Origin: Candidatus Kryptoniota bacterium
Lineage (GTDB): Bacteria > Bacteroidota > Ignavibacteria > Kryptoniales > JAKASW01
Reading direction: 5' to 3'
Length of the DNA stretch: 64,000 nucleotides
Assembly: GCA_046706365.1 (NCBI GenBank)
Contig: JBJKPN010000120.1
Coordinates: 1,372 to 65,371 of the forward strand
Shown here piece by piece: positions 62,769-64,000 of the stretch; positions within the stretch are counted from its first letter, which is position 1, and every line of letters begins with the position of its first letter. The notes beneath the pieces were generated by a model that saw only the letters and a list, made by a program, of their open reading frames with translations, searched no databases and was not told the origin of the DNA. The position numbers and the translations under genes were made by a program.

Positions 62769-63959
62769 TCATAAGTGGAACTCCAATCCGCGTTCCAGTT
62801 TCGGATCGCCAATCGGTACCATGTTGTTGCCCTTCGCCTTCCAGGCGAAAACGCTGAGTACGATTCCAGCTGACAGGACGAGGAAAGCCACCTCACCGAG
62901 ACCAAACACAACCGAATGAGAATTATACTCCGGCATCGTCATCCAGTAAATGTCTATCGCGTGTGCAACGAGGAGCCAGACCGACACGAACACCAGCCGC
63001 CGCGGATTCATTTTTGCCCCTCTGGAGACCAGCATGAAAAACGGGATAAGAAATTCTCCCAGTACGAGAATGATCGAAACCACTGCCCAGCTTCCGTGCA
63101 TTCTGGGAATGTACCAGGAGGTCTCGTCTCTAAGGTTCCCGTACCATTGCAGCATGAACTGACTGAACGCGATGTAAGCCCAGAAGTTGATAAACGCGAA
63201 GAGAAATGCTCCAAGGTTGTAGTAGTGATCCCTCGTCAGCTTGACCGGGAATTTCCCCTTTTCGTTTAGAGTGACAATCAACAGGGTCCCGAATGCCATT
63301 GCACCTATGGCGGCCCCTGCAAATATATAGACGGCGAATACGGTTGACGTCCAATCGGGTGCCAGGCTCATCAGCCAGTCGATTGTGAACAGAGTAAGCG
63401 TAATGGCAAATACCGGCATAAACCCGGCAGAGAGCTTCACGTTCCGCTTCGTCAGTCTTTGATCGCGAGTCGTGTCCTGCAGCCTGGAGTTCCTGATTAT
63501 CAAATAGTAGAACAGCCACCAGATCGCGATTACTAAAATTGTCCTGACTATGAAGAAAGGGATATTAAGATACGGAGCCCTAATGAGCATTGTGGGATCC
63601 GTTGCGAAAAGACTCTTGTGCGTCCAGGAAAAAATCGTATGAAGATTGAAAAGAAGCGGTAGTGCAAGTATAAAAAGAAAGGGAATGACTCCCGCCATGA
63701 ATTCAAAGGGCCTGCGGAGGGCCGTACTCCAGATAGCGGAGCTGACGTATTCCGTGCCGACCCAAAAGAGAGCACCCGTGCCGATCGTCGCGACGTAAGT
63801 CAGCGTCATTATGAGCGAGAAGGATGCATTCTTCACGTTGATTGCGTAAGATACAACCATCAACACGACACCAATGACCAGCAAGCTCCATCCGAGGGAA
63901 GAATACGAGGAGGGGACTCCCTTTAACTTAGCCATATCGATTTGTTCGCTCTTGCTCAT
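62769..63959 (-). CDS. actF: Alternative complex III (quinol:cytochrome c oxidoreductase) membrane subunit ActF
   Basis: 396 aa with about 10 TM helices. YLNIPFFIVRTILVIAIWWLF and FAFINFWAYIAFSQFMLQWYGNLRDETSWYIPR match my recollection of the ActF-family conserved blocks. ATGA overlap with the upstream gene. Confidence 0.7.
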   Translation of the reverse strand: MSKSEQIDMAKLKGVPSSYSSLGWSLLVIGVVLMVVSYAINVKNASFSLIMTLTYVATIGTGALFWVGTEYVSSAIWSTALRRPFEFMAGVIPFLFILALPLLFNLHTIFSWTHKSLFATDPTMLIRAPYLNIPFFIVRTILVIAIWWLFYYLIIRNSRLQDTTRDQRLTKRNVKLSAGFMPVFAITLTLFTIDWLMSLAPDWTSTVFAVYIFAGAAIGAMAFGTLLIVTLNEKGKFPVKLTRDHYYNLGAFLFAFINFWAYIAFSQFMLQWYGNLRDETSWYIPRMHGSWAVVSIILVLGEFLIPFFMLVSRGAKMNPRRLVFVSVWLLVAHAIDIYWMTMPEYNSHSVVFGLGEVAFLVLSAGIVLSVFAWKAKGNNMVPIGDPKLERGLEFHL

Positions 63960-64000
63960 TTTGCTCCGGGACCATTCGGGTTTTGCGCTTTCTGAAGGGC
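63956..64000 (-). CDS. 3' end of an upstream gene in the same operon (by position possibly ACIII ActE); only 14 codons in the window
   Basis: The reverse frame reads ...ALQKAQNPNGPGAK*. Its TGA overlaps the actF ATG. The fragment is too short to identify. Confidence 0.3.
   Translation of the reverse strand, partial: ALQKAQNPNGPGAK

Noticed and set aside
1-64000. CRISPR arrays, transposases/IS elements, prophage or defence-system genes, rRNA, tmRNA/RNase P/SRP RNA
   Set aside because: I saw no spaced direct repeats and no transposase, integrase, reverse transcriptase or nuclease-type ORFs. I found no conserved ncRNA core sequences in the spacers. The only repeats are protein-level paralogies: two T9SS CTDs, two SCO genes and two E2 genes.

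Overview
A 64-kb, densely coding chromosomal window of mid GC (low 50s % by eye). I call about 55 CDS, one interrupted kinase gene and one tRNA. I saw no rRNA, CRISPR array, transposase, integrase or phage genes. All calls rest on motifs read from the translations; no searches were run.

The content suggests an FCB-group bacterium (Bacteroidota/Ignavibacteriota-like). Two secreted proteins carry Por/T9SS C-terminal sorting domains, there is a fused E1 alpha-beta 2-oxoacid dehydrogenase, and an alternative complex III subunit (ActF) is linked to an A2-type haem-copper oxidase. Many genes have GGAG-type ribosome-binding sites.

Blocks in order:
1. 1-8096 (-): secreted propeller/phosphoesterase (edge-truncated, absent from the ORF track), GH76-like mannanase, beta-helix-like T9SS cargo, TonB-dependent receptor.
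2. 8635-10791 (+): MFS sugar porter and an MBL hydrolase.
3. 10940-20813 (-): an eight-gene lipoyl operon, lpd-lipB-E1ab-E2-lipA-pdhA-pdhB-pdhC.
4. An orphan histidine kinase, then hrcA-grpE-dnaJ, comEA, a PilM-like gene, rsmD-coaD, an aminotransferase, rlmI and an OMP.
5. uvrA (-).
6. Sensor kinase, sigma-54 activator and PBP4, followed by tRNA-His.
7. DUF72, small membrane/ABC/hypothetical genes and a POT transporter.
8. Metallophosphoesterase plus a large polytopic/propeller protein.
9. Nucleoside salvage cluster: cdd-tdk-BMP/ABC-punA.
10. 54068-64000 (-): a respiratory supraoperon, actF-cyt c-sco-sco-ctaD-coxIII-coxIV-coxII-ctaB-polytopic cytochrome c.

Most notable observations:
- An in-frame TAG sits three codons before the phospho-acceptor His of the kinase at 34402-35979.
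- The tRNA-His has no encoded G-1, a G1-U72 pair and A73.
- Two uncharacterised membrane cytochromes c and tandem SCO paralogs are embedded in the ACIII/oxidase cluster.

I did not find a defence island or mobile element. Most of the window is housekeeping.
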